This document shows positions 1-9,002 of a DNA stretch of 64,000 bases, one piece after another. This DNA is from Nitrososphaerota archaeon (GTDB lineage: Archaea > Thermoproteota > Nitrososphaeria > Nitrososphaerales > Nitrosopumilaceae). The number at the start of each line of letters is the position of its first letter. Within the stretch, counting starts at the first letter, position 1. The notes beneath the pieces were generated by a model. The model ran no database searches, had not been told where the DNA came from, and saw only the letters and a list, made by a program, of their open reading frames with translations. Where the stretch lies: positions 96,001 through 160,000 of the forward strand of contig JAGWFT010000002.1 of the NCBI GenBank assembly GCA_028867755.1, in the 5' to 3' direction. The position numbers and the translations under genes were made by a program.

Positions 1-276
1 GAATTAATCCCGACTGAGTGTCCATGGTGTCATGATAAAATAATAATGAAACAAAATACAGATGGTAGATGGAACATTACAAATCTAACTGACCATATTT
101 CGCCAACTGTGGCTTATTATCATAGTGGTATCAATCTCCATCATTCAGGTCTATGTAATAGCGGTATTTTGACAGAGAATCCTAGTTCTCATCCCATAAG
201 TTTTTGCCCTAAATGCGAGCGACAAATAATCCAACCATCAAATCACTGTCCATATTGTGGATACGGCACGAGTTGA
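1..276 (+). CDS. Zinc-ribbon protein, 5'-partial
   Basis: Frame is open from base 1 (ELIPTECPWCHDK...), with CPWC, CPKC and CPYC knuckles. Confidence 0.6.
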   Translation, partial: ELIPTECPWCHDKIIMKQNTDGRWNITNLTDHISPTVAYYHSGINLHHSGLCNSGILTENPSSHPISFCPKCERQIIQPSNHCPYCGYGTS

Positions 277-357
277 TCATGTCCAGTTCTTTACAAGTTG
301 AAAAATCAGAGAAAATTAACTCACATGTACCTAGGATTATACAGATCGCATTCTCAA

Positions 358-615
358 CTATGAAACTCTGGTTGACCAGACATCAAACATGGACCACTTG
401 TGGCAACTTGGGCATCTCATGTATCTTTTTTTCCCAAGTCTAATTACTGTAAACGATGCGGATCCGCCTGGTATCCACCTGTAATCAAATGTGTGTGAGC
501 ATTTCGTACATGTAAGCCTAGAAAGATACCCGTATCCCTTGCTTGGAAGAACTCTGAAAATTACAAAAGAGGCAACTAAAATAACTGCAATAATCACAAA
601 TACAATTTCTTTCAT
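358..615 (-). CDS. Small membrane-anchored zinc-ribbon protein
   Basis: N-terminal hydrophobic helix, then CTKC and CPSC. Confidence 0.65.
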   Translation of the reverse strand: MKEIVFVIIAVILVASFVIFRVLPSKGYGYLSRLTCTKCSHTFDYRWIPGGSASFTVIRLGKKRYMRCPSCHKWSMFDVWSTRVS

Positions 616-819
616 TACACAGATCTAGTTTGACACTGAATAAAAGCATTGGATAACTTTGTTATTGCTCCGCATTTGACAAATCCCTAATCTATTCTAC
701 CAATCAAACCACGAAAAACATGCAAAATACTGGAAAAACAAAGGGGCCAGTTTTTTCCTATTTATCCAAGATGGTGCCCATAGCATTCTTTATACTATGG
801 AATATACCGGGCACATTTA

Positions 820-984
820 ATGGCCTGGGATTTTGATTTTGAAATGTTACTTTATCTCGGTATGATTACCGTAGGGTTTTTCCTAGCTCCGATGGACTCT
901 AACCCGCCATATTTTCTTGTTATAGGCATAGTTCTTGCTGCTGTAGGACTTGGCTTGGTCTATCGCAAAGTAAAGAAAAAGTGA
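820..984 (+). CDS. 54-aa two-TM membrane protein (not in ORF track)
   Basis: MAWDFDFEMLLYLGMITVGFFLAPMDSNPPYFLVIGIVLAAVGLGLVYRKVKKK: two hydrophobic helices and a basic tail. Confidence 0.6.
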   Translation: MAWDFDFEMLLYLGMITVGFFLAPMDSNPPYFLVIGIVLAAVGLGLVYRKVKKK

Positions 985-988
985 TATC

Positions 989-1351
989 TCAGGCCTTGAA
1001 CTTGGATCCTGTCTTGAGTTTGTCTATTAACTTGCTAAATATCTCGTTGTGACTTACGTCTGTAAAATTCACGGCACCCCCTTCCCTTATTACCTGTCGT
1101 TCAAACTTTTCTTTGATTGCAAAAGTTACAGATGAATAGTGAATTTTGCCCTTTATCTTTTCCTGTATGGTAGTCTCTGTATCAGGAAAAGTTGCAAAAT
1201 GAAATGCAACCCCGCCTGCCCAAAATATTGTGGGTATTCCTCCACCGGCTGATCGTGCAGTTGCGATCACCTGAGCAACCCAGTCATCAAACTTTAGCTC
1301 TAATACTTCATGTATGATTAATTCCTTCCATGGATCTACTGTTATCTCCAA
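989..1351 (-). CDS. Hypothetical protein
   Basis: 120-aa ORF with protein-like composition and no recognisable motif. Confidence 0.65.
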   Translation of the reverse strand: MEITVDPWKELIIHEVLELKFDDWVAQVIATARSAGGGIPTIFWAGGVAFHFATFPDTETTIQEKIKGKIHYSSVTFAIKEKFERQVIREGGAVNFTDVSHNEIFSKLIDKLKTGSKFKA

Positions 1352-1464
1352 ACCTAGTTCAACTCTAGTCTAGTTTTATTTAAAGAAGAATATCTTATGA
1401 GAGGACGCTTCTGAAAGATGGATTTAAATAGTATGGCAGTTTTTGTTAGCTTGGTAATTAAGAA

Positions 1465-1569
1465 ATGCAAGATTGGAGTCAAGCAGGTGTATACATACCA
1501 TTGGCCGTTGGTTTAATCCCAGGATTCGTATACTGGTGTGTTATCACCGCAATGAAGAAACACAAGTAA
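1465..1569 (+). CDS. 34-aa single-TM microprotein (not in ORF track)
   Basis: MQDWSQAGVYIPLAVGLIPGFVYWCVITAMKKHK, with an AT-rich promoter-like sequence upstream. Confidence 0.4.
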   Translation: MQDWSQAGVYIPLAVGLIPGFVYWCVITAMKKHK

Positions 1570-1699
1570 ACTAACCATCTTTTATTCTTCTTTTTGTAAT
1601 CTTCTATAGTCAGTATATTTTGGTAAAAGCTTCCAATCCACGTTGTATAGATTATGATATACCGTATATGATTAATTACTTGTGCAAAACGTATAGCAT

Positions 1700-2782
1700 A
1701 TGAAGTCCATAGTTCTTTCCAGTTTTCTCATTATGGTATTACTTTTAGCTGCTGCCATGTGGACGCCAGCAGAGGGTGCCGAGCAGAATCCATGCCAGCA
1801 AACTGCTGCCCATACAGGAGAAAGCTTACCTTCTGATACATCCCTACAAGTTGTAGTTTGCTCATCGTATAGTTACAAGGCTACTGATGGCACAACCACA
1901 GTCCTAGGTGAGATTCAAAATAACAACAACTCCCCTATAACCAATGTCAAAATAGGAATTACTTTTGAGGGTCTTAACAATAATGTACTAGAATACAAAA
2001 CAGGTACGACACTTCTCCAAGTAGTCGAGCCAAACTCAATTGCCCCATTTTCAATATCATCAACAAAGGCTGATCCTTCAATTACTCAAGTTGCAGTAAA
2101 TCTAGCTGGATTCACACCAGCGTCCAAAAAAGACCAACTGTTGACAGTCTCTCCAAGCTCACTTCAGGTGTCTGATAACTTGATCCTAACTGGAACAATA
2201 AAAAATGGCGGGCAATCTATCTCCACACATACTCGTCTCTATCTGATATCATATGATGCATTCCAAAGAACAGTGGCAATTGGCAATACTACTGTATCTG
2301 ATATTGGTGCAGGCAAAACAGTAGACTTTACCATGACATCAGAACCCAGCAGCCGTGAAAAAACATTCCAAGTGATTGCAGAATCTGATAACTATCAATC
2401 TGTATCTATACCTGTTACAAACATTGTTGCATCGCTACCGGTAATGATAAGCAATACAAATGTTACAAATCCATCAGGAAGCCCGTATTCTTCGATTCCA
2501 GTATATGCACCAGTTAAGATAAGCAGTGATCTAAGATATCTACTTGATAGTCCGCAGCCCTATGTTTACTATGTGCAAGTAAAGAAATTTGGAGGACAGG
2601 TTGATTTTATTGGTAATTCAACAGGAATATTTCTTGGGGGCAATGACCAAGAACATACAGGATCTGTGTCTTGGACTCCTGATACTGCAGGTTCATATTT
2701 TCTGGAAACATATGTGTGGGATTCTAATGGTGTGCCTATTTCATCTGCAGGAACTAAGATTAATGTCGTACTTGTGAAATAG
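1700..2782 (+). CDS. Secreted beta-sandwich (FxLYD-like) surface protein
   Basis: Signal peptide and two repeats resembling FxLYD domains (VLGEIQNNNNSPITNVKI; LTGTIKNGG). Confidence 0.65.
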   Translation: MKSIVLSSFLIMVLLLAAAMWTPAEGAEQNPCQQTAAHTGESLPSDTSLQVVVCSSYSYKATDGTTTVLGEIQNNNNSPITNVKIGITFEGLNNNVLEYKTGTTLLQVVEPNSIAPFSISSTKADPSITQVAVNLAGFTPASKKDQLLTVSPSSLQVSDNLILTGTIKNGGQSISTHTRLYLISYDAFQRTVAIGNTTVSDIGAGKTVDFTMTSEPSSREKTFQVIAESDNYQSVSIPVTNIVASLPVMISNTNVTNPSGSPYSSIPVYAPVKISSDLRYLLDSPQPYVYYVQVKKFGGQVDFIGNSTGIFLGGNDQEHTGSVSWTPDTAGSYFLETYVWDSNGVPISSAGTKINVVLVK

Positions 2783-2818
2783 TAATATCATATAATTGAT
2801 AATTGGTATTGTATCTGT

Positions 2819-3295
2819 ATGAAGAAATACAATTTGGTAGCTCTTGGTGGAACGTTTGATCTTTTGCACCGTGGGCACTTGGAGCTTTTAAGCAAAGGAT
2901 TCTCTGTATCATCCAAAGTGATAATTGGGTTAACAAGCGATGAACTTGCTAGAAAAAAGGGCAAGAACCTAATTCATGATTATGAAAAAAGATACAATGC
3001 TTTGGAAGATACCATAAAAAGAAATTTTCCAAATGTGGCATACCAGATAAGCAGACTGGAAAATGATTTTGGCCCGGCAGTTTTAGAAAAACAAGTCGAG
3101 GCTTTGGTCGTAAGCGAAGAAACAGCATTCAAGGGAAACGAACTGAATAGACTAAGAAGACAAAGAAATTCTCCAGATGTAGAAGTGATAGTGGTGCCAA
3201 TGACTCTTGCAAAGGATGGCAAGCGCATATCCACCTCACGAATAAAAAACTCTGAGATAGATTCTAACGGAAATATTCTTGGCGTTGACAAATAG
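2819..3295 (+). CDS. coaD: Phosphopantetheine adenylyltransferase (archaeal type)
   Basis: GGTFDLLHRGH nucleotidyltransferase motif, VVSEET, RISTSRI. Confidence 0.9.
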   Translation: MKKYNLVALGGTFDLLHRGHLELLSKGFSVSSKVIIGLTSDELARKKGKNLIHDYEKRYNALEDTIKRNFPNVAYQISRLENDFGPAVLEKQVEALVVSEETAFKGNELNRLRRQRNSPDVEVIVVPMTLAKDGKRISTSRIKNSEIDSNGNILGVDK

Positions 3296-3348
3296 CTTTT
3301 CTATATTTGAGTGATTGCTCTAAAACTCAAAAATGACTTGGTAAGTTA

Positions 3349-3681
3349 TTGAAAGAAATAACCGATGTCATGCTAGGCAAGATGGCCTCAGACATTGCTG
3401 GTCTAAAAGACGGTCTTGATCCTGAAAATATTGCATTTTGGTACAAGAAGGTGATTGCAGAGGCAAAAGAGATGGCACCGCCATGGCTTGTAGATAAGAT
3501 AAACGTCAAACAAGACCCAATCTTGTATCTCAAGTTCAACTTGGATATATCAAAACGTGCAGTACGATATCTCATGATGGCAATAACAAACAATGCAGAC
3601 AATATGCCATATACTACAAGACTGTATTTTCTCAAAGTACAGGAAATTGTATCTCAAGAAATGGACAAATCGTTAGTATAG
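3349..3681 (+). CDS. Hypothetical protein
   Basis: 110-aa ORF following coaD on the same strand. Confidence 0.65.
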   Translation: MKEITDVMLGKMASDIAGLKDGLDPENIAFWYKKVIAEAKEMAPPWLVDKINVKQDPILYLKFNLDISKRAVRYLMMAITNNADNMPYTTRLYFLKVQEIVSQEMDKSLV

Positions 3682-3963
3682 CTATTCTTTGGTTATCTCC
3701 ACAATGTTTTTGGTAACCTTGGTATCTACAAGACCACTTGTTTTTTCTATAACCGACTGGATAAAATCTGCAAAAGATTCGGCCTCTGTTTTGTCTCTAA
3801 AAAGTATACTGTGAGCTGATTTGTCCTTTAGTGATACGACAATTTCATTTTCTATGATCTCAAGTATTCCTGTTATGAATGTCTCATTGTTGTCTTTAAT
3901 GTAGATCAAGCTTGCAAGCTTTCGTGCTTCATACTCGTCTTCGCAGGTTACACTCTTTTTCAT
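3682..3963 (-). CDS. Hypothetical protein
   Basis: 93-aa ORF immediately downstream of trpS on the same strand. Confidence 0.65.
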   Translation of the reverse strand: MKKSVTCEDEYEARKLASLIYIKDNNETFITGILEIIENEIVVSLKDKSAHSILFRDKTEAESFADFIQSVIEKTSGLVDTKVTKNIVEITKE

Positions 3964-3968
3964 TTTTG

Positions 3969-5084
3969 CTAGTCAAACAGGAACTTGTCTACTTGGTCTT
4001 TTGCTTTTTCTCTCTTCTTTTTGAAATCTGCAATGAAAGGTTTAGTGGCATCCTTGAGGTTGCATTTGCACTCTCCGCAAAGAAGCTCGCCGCCCTTGCA
4101 TTTTCTTGCCCTCTCGTCTGATTCTTTTTCCATGTCAAAAAAGTATCTTAGGTACCAAAATACCGGACATATGTTGAAATTAGCTCCAAGTTTTCGCTGT
4201 AGCTCAACAGTAGGCTGGCCTCCAGTAAATGTATTTGAGATCTTTTTGTCTATTGCCTCTTCGGTGTCTGTTGTAAATATTGCAGTCTCTGGAATCGAAG
4301 ATGACATCTTTCCTTGCATTCCAAGCCCCGGCAAGAACTTGGAGTGGATCTGAGTTGGCTTTGTGTATCCCATCTTTTCTGCAATGTCTCTTGTGACACG
4401 CCAGTATGGATCCTGGTCTATTGCTGCAGGTATGAGAACTGGAGTTGGCTTGCCCTCGATGACAGATGGAAGAAAACATGGTGCAGCCTGGATTGGCGGA
4501 AAACCTATCATTCCTATGTTTGTAGAGTTTTGAAATCCAAATACTGCCTTTACTGTTGAAAACGTTATGCGCTTTGCTATCTCAAGTGCTATTGGGTAAA
4601 TTCTCTTGATGTCCTTTGTATCGACTAGAATCTTTGTCTTTTTTGGATCAAAGCCCACTGCAATTATATCGTAAATGTTCTCTGTGGTATACCCAGATAC
4701 ATCCTTGAATGATTTCTCATCATTGTACAGAAACTTTTCATCGTCGGTAATTTGGAAGATCAAGTTTACATCAAATTTTTCTTGCAAGTATTTGGTAAAT
4801 ATCCATGGAAGCAAGTGCCCCATGTGAATTGAACCTGAAGGTCCTCTGCCTGTATACAGATAGAACTTGTTGCCTTTTTCATACTCTGTCAAAACTTTGT
4901 CAAAATCTCTATGGCTGAAAAAATATCCAAGCTTTAGCATCGGGTGAATCTCGCCTGTTATCTTTTTTACGCGTGCCTGAAGCTCATCTGAAATTTTCTC
5001 TGTGCCAAATTTCTGTATTAATTTGTCATAATCAATATCGCCTTCTACGCTCCAAGGTGTGACCGTAAAATCCTCAGACGACAT
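3969..5084 (-). CDS. trpS: Tryptophanyl-tRNA synthetase
   Basis: FTVTPW N-terminus, TGRGPS..HMGH (HIGH), AIDQDPY, KMSSS. Confidence 0.97.
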   Translation of the reverse strand: MSSEDFTVTPWSVEGDIDYDKLIQKFGTEKISDELQARVKKITGEIHPMLKLGYFFSHRDFDKVLTEYEKGNKFYLYTGRGPSGSIHMGHLLPWIFTKYLQEKFDVNLIFQITDDEKFLYNDEKSFKDVSGYTTENIYDIIAVGFDPKKTKILVDTKDIKRIYPIALEIAKRITFSTVKAVFGFQNSTNIGMIGFPPIQAAPCFLPSVIEGKPTPVLIPAAIDQDPYWRVTRDIAEKMGYTKPTQIHSKFLPGLGMQGKMSSSIPETAIFTTDTEEAIDKKISNTFTGGQPTVELQRKLGANFNICPVFWYLRYFFDMEKESDERARKCKGGELLCGECKCNLKDATKPFIADFKKKREKAKDQVDKFLFD

Positions 5085-5106
5085 TCATGTTTCAGTTAGG
5101 TTAAGG

Positions 5107-5120
5107 TTTAAAAAGTCTTT
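5107..5120 (+). repeat. attL direct repeat TTTAAAAAGTCTTT (overlaps trpS TATA box)
   Basis: Identical to 17249-17262; begins 23 nt upstream of the trpS ATG. Confidence 0.75.
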
Positions 5121-5169
5121 ACGGGATGGAACATTAGGGTTTAAAATTACTGTATTCCATAACTATGAT

Positions 5170-6270
5170 ATGGATAGAAGTTTAACAAGATTTTTTGCAG
5201 GTATCAGAACAGAAACGACAAGAGAAATTTATGATAGGTATCTTAGGTATTTTCTAAACTTTGTAAAAATAAAAGAGGCTAACGGATTGTTGCAACTCAA
5301 AGACTCTTACCTTCAAACTATGGTAGAAGATTACATCATACATCTGAAAGGTAGGGGCTTACGCAAATCCTCGATTGACGGGCAAATTTCAGCATTAGAG
5401 TTATTCTTTGCTATGAATGACAAGATATTGAATTTCAAGAAAATTCGCAAGATGTCGCCTATTCAACTAAAGATACAGGGAAACGGCTCTTACACAACAG
5501 ATGACATTAAGCGTATGTTAGAGGCTACCACATCGTTAAGAAACAAGGCTATAATTCACTGCCTTGCGAGTTTGGGTTGTCGCCCTAATGCGTTCTGCGA
5601 TCCGCCGTTAAGATTGAGGCATCTAAAAGAGGTCAAGGATGGATATTATTCAGTTCTAATGTACGAAGGCAGTGTCGAGGAATACAGAGGATACCTTACA
5701 AAAGAGGCTTCGATTTTGGTGAAAATGTATATGAACGAGAGGTCAAGGCAAGGCGAAGTAATTACACCTGATAGTCCACTCTTTCGAAATCTGTATCGTG
5801 TGGTCTTGTCTAAAGCCAAGCCTATGACCATAAAAGGAATCAAGTCCATGATTTTAGAAATTCTCAAAAAGATGCGGGGCAAAGGCAAGAAGAGAGGAGA
5901 GAGGTATGATACTGCGATGATTGGAGGGTTTAGACATCGCTACATCGAGATATGTGCAAAAAACAGGCTAGATGTTAGGTTAGCGGAGAGATTGGTATCA
6001 CATACACCAAAGAGCGCACCGATGGACAAGCATTATGTAAATATCAATAACATACAGGATGAACTCTTTAACGAGTTTTTAAGAATTGAAAGAGATCTTA
6101 CTATCTCAAAAGAAGAGAAGGAACGACTTGGAAGAATTGAAGCGGAGAAGAAAGTTACAGAACTTGAAAATGATAAAGATAAACGTATCTCGGAATTAGA
6201 AGCACAGGCAACAGAGACAAGAGATATGATTAAGGGCATTTATGCTCTCTTGGGAAGAGACACGACTTAG
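5170..6270 (+). CDS. int: Tyrosine recombinase / integrase
   Basis: LRNKAIIHCLASLGCRP (Arg), GGFRHRY, LVSH and KHY catalytic motifs, plus a C-terminal coiled coil. Start moved to ATG 5170, which has TTTAAAA at 5140-5146 as a TATA box. Confidence 0.9.
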   Translation: MDRSLTRFFAGIRTETTREIYDRYLRYFLNFVKIKEANGLLQLKDSYLQTMVEDYIIHLKGRGLRKSSIDGQISALELFFAMNDKILNFKKIRKMSPIQLKIQGNGSYTTDDIKRMLEATTSLRNKAIIHCLASLGCRPNAFCDPPLRLRHLKEVKDGYYSVLMYEGSVEEYRGYLTKEASILVKMYMNERSRQGEVITPDSPLFRNLYRVVLSKAKPMTIKGIKSMILEILKKMRGKGKKRGERYDTAMIGGFRHRYIEICAKNRLDVRLAERLVSHTPKSAPMDKHYVNINNIQDELFNEFLRIERDLTISKEEKERLGRIEAEKKVTELENDKDKRISELEAQATETRDMIKGIYALLGRDTT

Positions 6271-7025
6271 TTGTTTTTTTTAAATTTATTATAAAGAAAT
6301 TTTGTTTGTTGATTTACATTCTTTACTGTTTTTTTGTCATAAGGTGAACCTATCAATGCATTTAGTTTTTTGTAAAGTTGTTTATCAAACCCATATTTTT
6401 CTGCAAACTTGAAATTAAGCCTTATCATGCCTTCGGCAAATCTCACTTCAGAACTATCCGTGACTTTTTTTGAAAAACCATCTATCATGTTTTTTTGATT
6501 TAATTTAGATAATTCATTTAGAAGATTAAAGATATATGGTGCTGAGATTTCTGCTTTCTGAGACGGTGTAAACTTTGGATTGTCGTAAACCTCGAATCTG
6601 AGTAATTTTTTGGCATCGTTTGCAATACTTGGGGTTTTAACAAAACCATCGTCATCAAGGCTAATTTTGAAATAATAACGTGGATGTTTTGACTCTGGAT
6701 TAATTTTCTTAAGTTTGTTGTGTTTGCGAGCATGTAGCAAAACATCACGCAAGCTTGAATCGGAAAGCCCCGTACCCTTTTTAATTTCTGAATGAGTTGA
6801 TTCCCCATGTATGGCTAGGTAATCTGAAACAAGACACCAGTTTAGAACTTCATCTTTTTGCATCAAAGGTCTAATGAATTCGCTCCATTTGTGAGATTTG
6901 ATGGCTTCTGCAATTTCTCCCAAAATTAATTCACTAACGATATGCAATAAAGATGTTTTAACTCTTATGAAAAATTCGTAACATAATGTCATGTTGTAAC
7001 AGCATGTGCATGTGATGTACAACAT
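6267..7025 (-). CDS. Winged-helix DNA-binding protein (element regulator); true start may lie further downstream
   Basis: DYLAIHGESTHSEIKKGTGLSDSSLRDVLLHARKHNKLKK...RYYF fits a wHTH; divergent from the cargo operon. Confidence 0.65.
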   Translation of the reverse strand: MLYITCTCCYNMTLCYEFFIRVKTSLLHIVSELILGEIAEAIKSHKWSEFIRPLMQKDEVLNWCLVSDYLAIHGESTHSEIKKGTGLSDSSLRDVLLHARKHNKLKKINPESKHPRYYFKISLDDDGFVKTPSIANDAKKLLRFEVYDNPKFTPSQKAEISAPYIFNLLNELSKLNQKNMIDGFSKKVTDSSEVRFAEGMIRLNFKFAEKYGFDKQLYKKLNALIGSPYDKKTVKNVNQQTKFLYNKFKKNN

Positions 7026-7073
7026 AGGTCTGAAATGTTATGGTGTTATTAATTTGAAAAATATCGATTAAAC

Positions 7074-7391
7074 ATGGCAACAACTAGTATTGTATTCTGT
7101 CCTTGTGGATGTGGACTTGAGATAGACAAAGTTCCACTAATTGAGATTCTATCACATGCTAGAAAAGCCTGTCAGAAAATATTAGGAGAATGGAAAATGC
7201 AAAATGAAACAAAAACAAGTTGGCAATACGGTGTAGCCTTCAACAAAATACAATCCTTCTTTCAAAGAAAGGCTACTTGTCCGTTAGCTGACTGCAAACA
7301 GTATGTTGAGGCACACACAATGATAGAGTGCGTTCAGCACTTGAAGAGTTACCTCAACTCAATTGAATTGGAAGGTGGGCAACCAAAATGA
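7074..7391 (+). CDS. Cys/His-rich putative zinc-binding protein
   Basis: CPCGC and CPLADC..H..C..H; first gene of the operon. Confidence 0.6.
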   Translation: MATTSIVFCPCGCGLEIDKVPLIEILSHARKACQKILGEWKMQNETKTSWQYGVAFNKIQSFFQRKATCPLADCKQYVEAHTMIECVQHLKSYLNSIELEGGQPK

Positions 7392-7900
7392 AAACTATTA
7401 GTGTTGTTGCTCTAATCTCAATTCTACCATTTATTTTTTTTACAAATAACGCAAACGCCTACGTTGAAAACATCCAACTACAAGACCAATCTGGAAATAT
7501 GGTTGCTGTTGGATTGGATAATCCAAGTATAACTGCAATTGAACAGGGTTGGGTTTATGGTTCTGTGCAGACAAGCAATACCCAAGTTGTTCAGAATACA
7601 GGTATGTCGGACTTTGTTTCGCAGATAAAGCCGACACCACTTGGTTCAGAAGTTGACTTTGCTGGAAAGTTGGACAGCACAGCCACTATCAGACTTGTAG
7701 ACAATTCTGGGCAAAGTTGGAGTCTGATCTTGGAACCACAAGTGGGGAAGAAGACTAGCCAAGATGCAAGCAGTGGTAGTATGCCAAGTGTTACAGATGT
7801 CCCATACTACGTCTATGGGATAGTGGGACTGATTGGTGTTGGAACAATCCTACTAATCAGAAGGAGGAAGAGGGAAATTGGTGAAATCAGCAGAGTCTAA
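7388..7900 (+). CDS. Secreted protein with C-terminal membrane anchor
   Basis: Sec signal (ANA/Y), beta-rich domain, Ser-rich linker, TM helix, RRRKR tail. Confidence 0.75.
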   Translation: MKTISVVALISILPFIFFTNNANAYVENIQLQDQSGNMVAVGLDNPSITAIEQGWVYGSVQTSNTQVVQNTGMSDFVSQIKPTPLGSEVDFAGKLDSTATIRLVDNSGQSWSLILEPQVGKKTSQDASSGSMPSVTDVPYYVYGIVGLIGVGTILLIRRRKREIGEISRV

Positions 7901-8891
7901 ATTTTTCACCGATCCTTTTCAACTGGCTAGCATCGGTATTGTAGCTGTTGGAGATACTGCCTGTAAACAGGCGGAGCAGTTCAGCAAGATACTGCACAAA
8001 CATGAAGCAATATACCAAGTCGGAGTAGTGGCATTAGTCAAAATCTCTACCGAAGTCTACGAAGATGCAAAACAAATAGCAAAACGTTTTCCAAAAAAAG
8101 AAAGACACAAGGTAGTTGGAATCTGTGCCAAGAACACCACACTGATTCGGGAGTTGGAAAAGTCTGAAGAGTTTGCAGAGAGCAAGCGAGGAGTCTGGCT
8201 ACCGAAACTAAAAGACGGCATAGACAGGATCGTAGAACTTCTTGAAACGCATCAGGTAAGCATAGTCGTTGTCTATCTTGGTAGCGGAGGTCATGCAACA
8301 CTGGGCAGGGAACTCATAACCATTCTCAAGGAAAGATATACGGGCGTTCACTTTGTCGTGGTTTTATGCAAACCATATCACGACAAGTTGTGTGAACCCA
8401 TCTACAAAAACAACCAAAAATTTGTCGTAAAAGGTGGAACTCTCAGTGTAATCTTTGAGAGTGAACTCGTAGAGAACTCGTTTGAAGCAAAAGACATTGA
8501 AAACAACACGAGTCTGTTTGCACTTCTCAACGAGAGAAAGACAGCCACTAACAAGTCTGCACCAGATATGCTGAGATTGATGGAGGCACACAAGCAATAT
8601 GTCATCAAGACCGCAGTGCGAAGCAATCCGATTTATCGCAAGCAGGGACTACTATGGGATACAACAAACAATCACAGAGATGTTACAACCGACACAATCG
8701 TGAGAGGAATCAAAGAAATCGGGATATGTCAAGACTGCCTGTATGTAATATCTGGAAGGACAACAGATGGGCAAATCAAGAATGGAATAATGCAAATCGG
8801 CAAAGGTGGCAAGGGCTTTGATCTAAACTACAGGTTACTGCCAACTGAAAAAAACGACACTCTGCTCATTGGGAAGTTTGAGCCATGCTGA
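7878..8891 (+). CDS. Divergent tubulin/FtsZ-superfamily protein
   Basis: Motif order matches FtsZ: IGIVAVGDTAC (T1), VVVYLGSGGHATLG (signature-like), VVVLCKPY, VIFESELV, NKSAPD (T7-like). Confidence 0.65.
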   Translation: MVKSAESKFFTDPFQLASIGIVAVGDTACKQAEQFSKILHKHEAIYQVGVVALVKISTEVYEDAKQIAKRFPKKERHKVVGICAKNTTLIRELEKSEEFAESKRGVWLPKLKDGIDRIVELLETHQVSIVVVYLGSGGHATLGRELITILKERYTGVHFVVVLCKPYHDKLCEPIYKNNQKFVVKGGTLSVIFESELVENSFEAKDIENNTSLFALLNERKTATNKSAPDMLRLMEAHKQYVIKTAVRSNPIYRKQGLLWDTTNNHRDVTTDTIVRGIKEIGICQDCLYVISGRTTDGQIKNGIMQIGKGGKGFDLNYRLLPTEKNDTLLIGKFEPC

Positions 8892-9002
8892 CCTATCATT
8901 TTTTATTTATTTCTGTGTATACTATTATTGGTAGATTAAATCAGACACATACCAAGAGATATTCATTATGCCAAATGGCTTGCTACCATTTCTGCACTGA
9001 TT

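Noticed and set aside
5059-5169. N-terminal extension of the integrase in the ORF track
   Set aside because: It overlaps the trpS start and crosses attL. ATG 5170 has its own TATA box.
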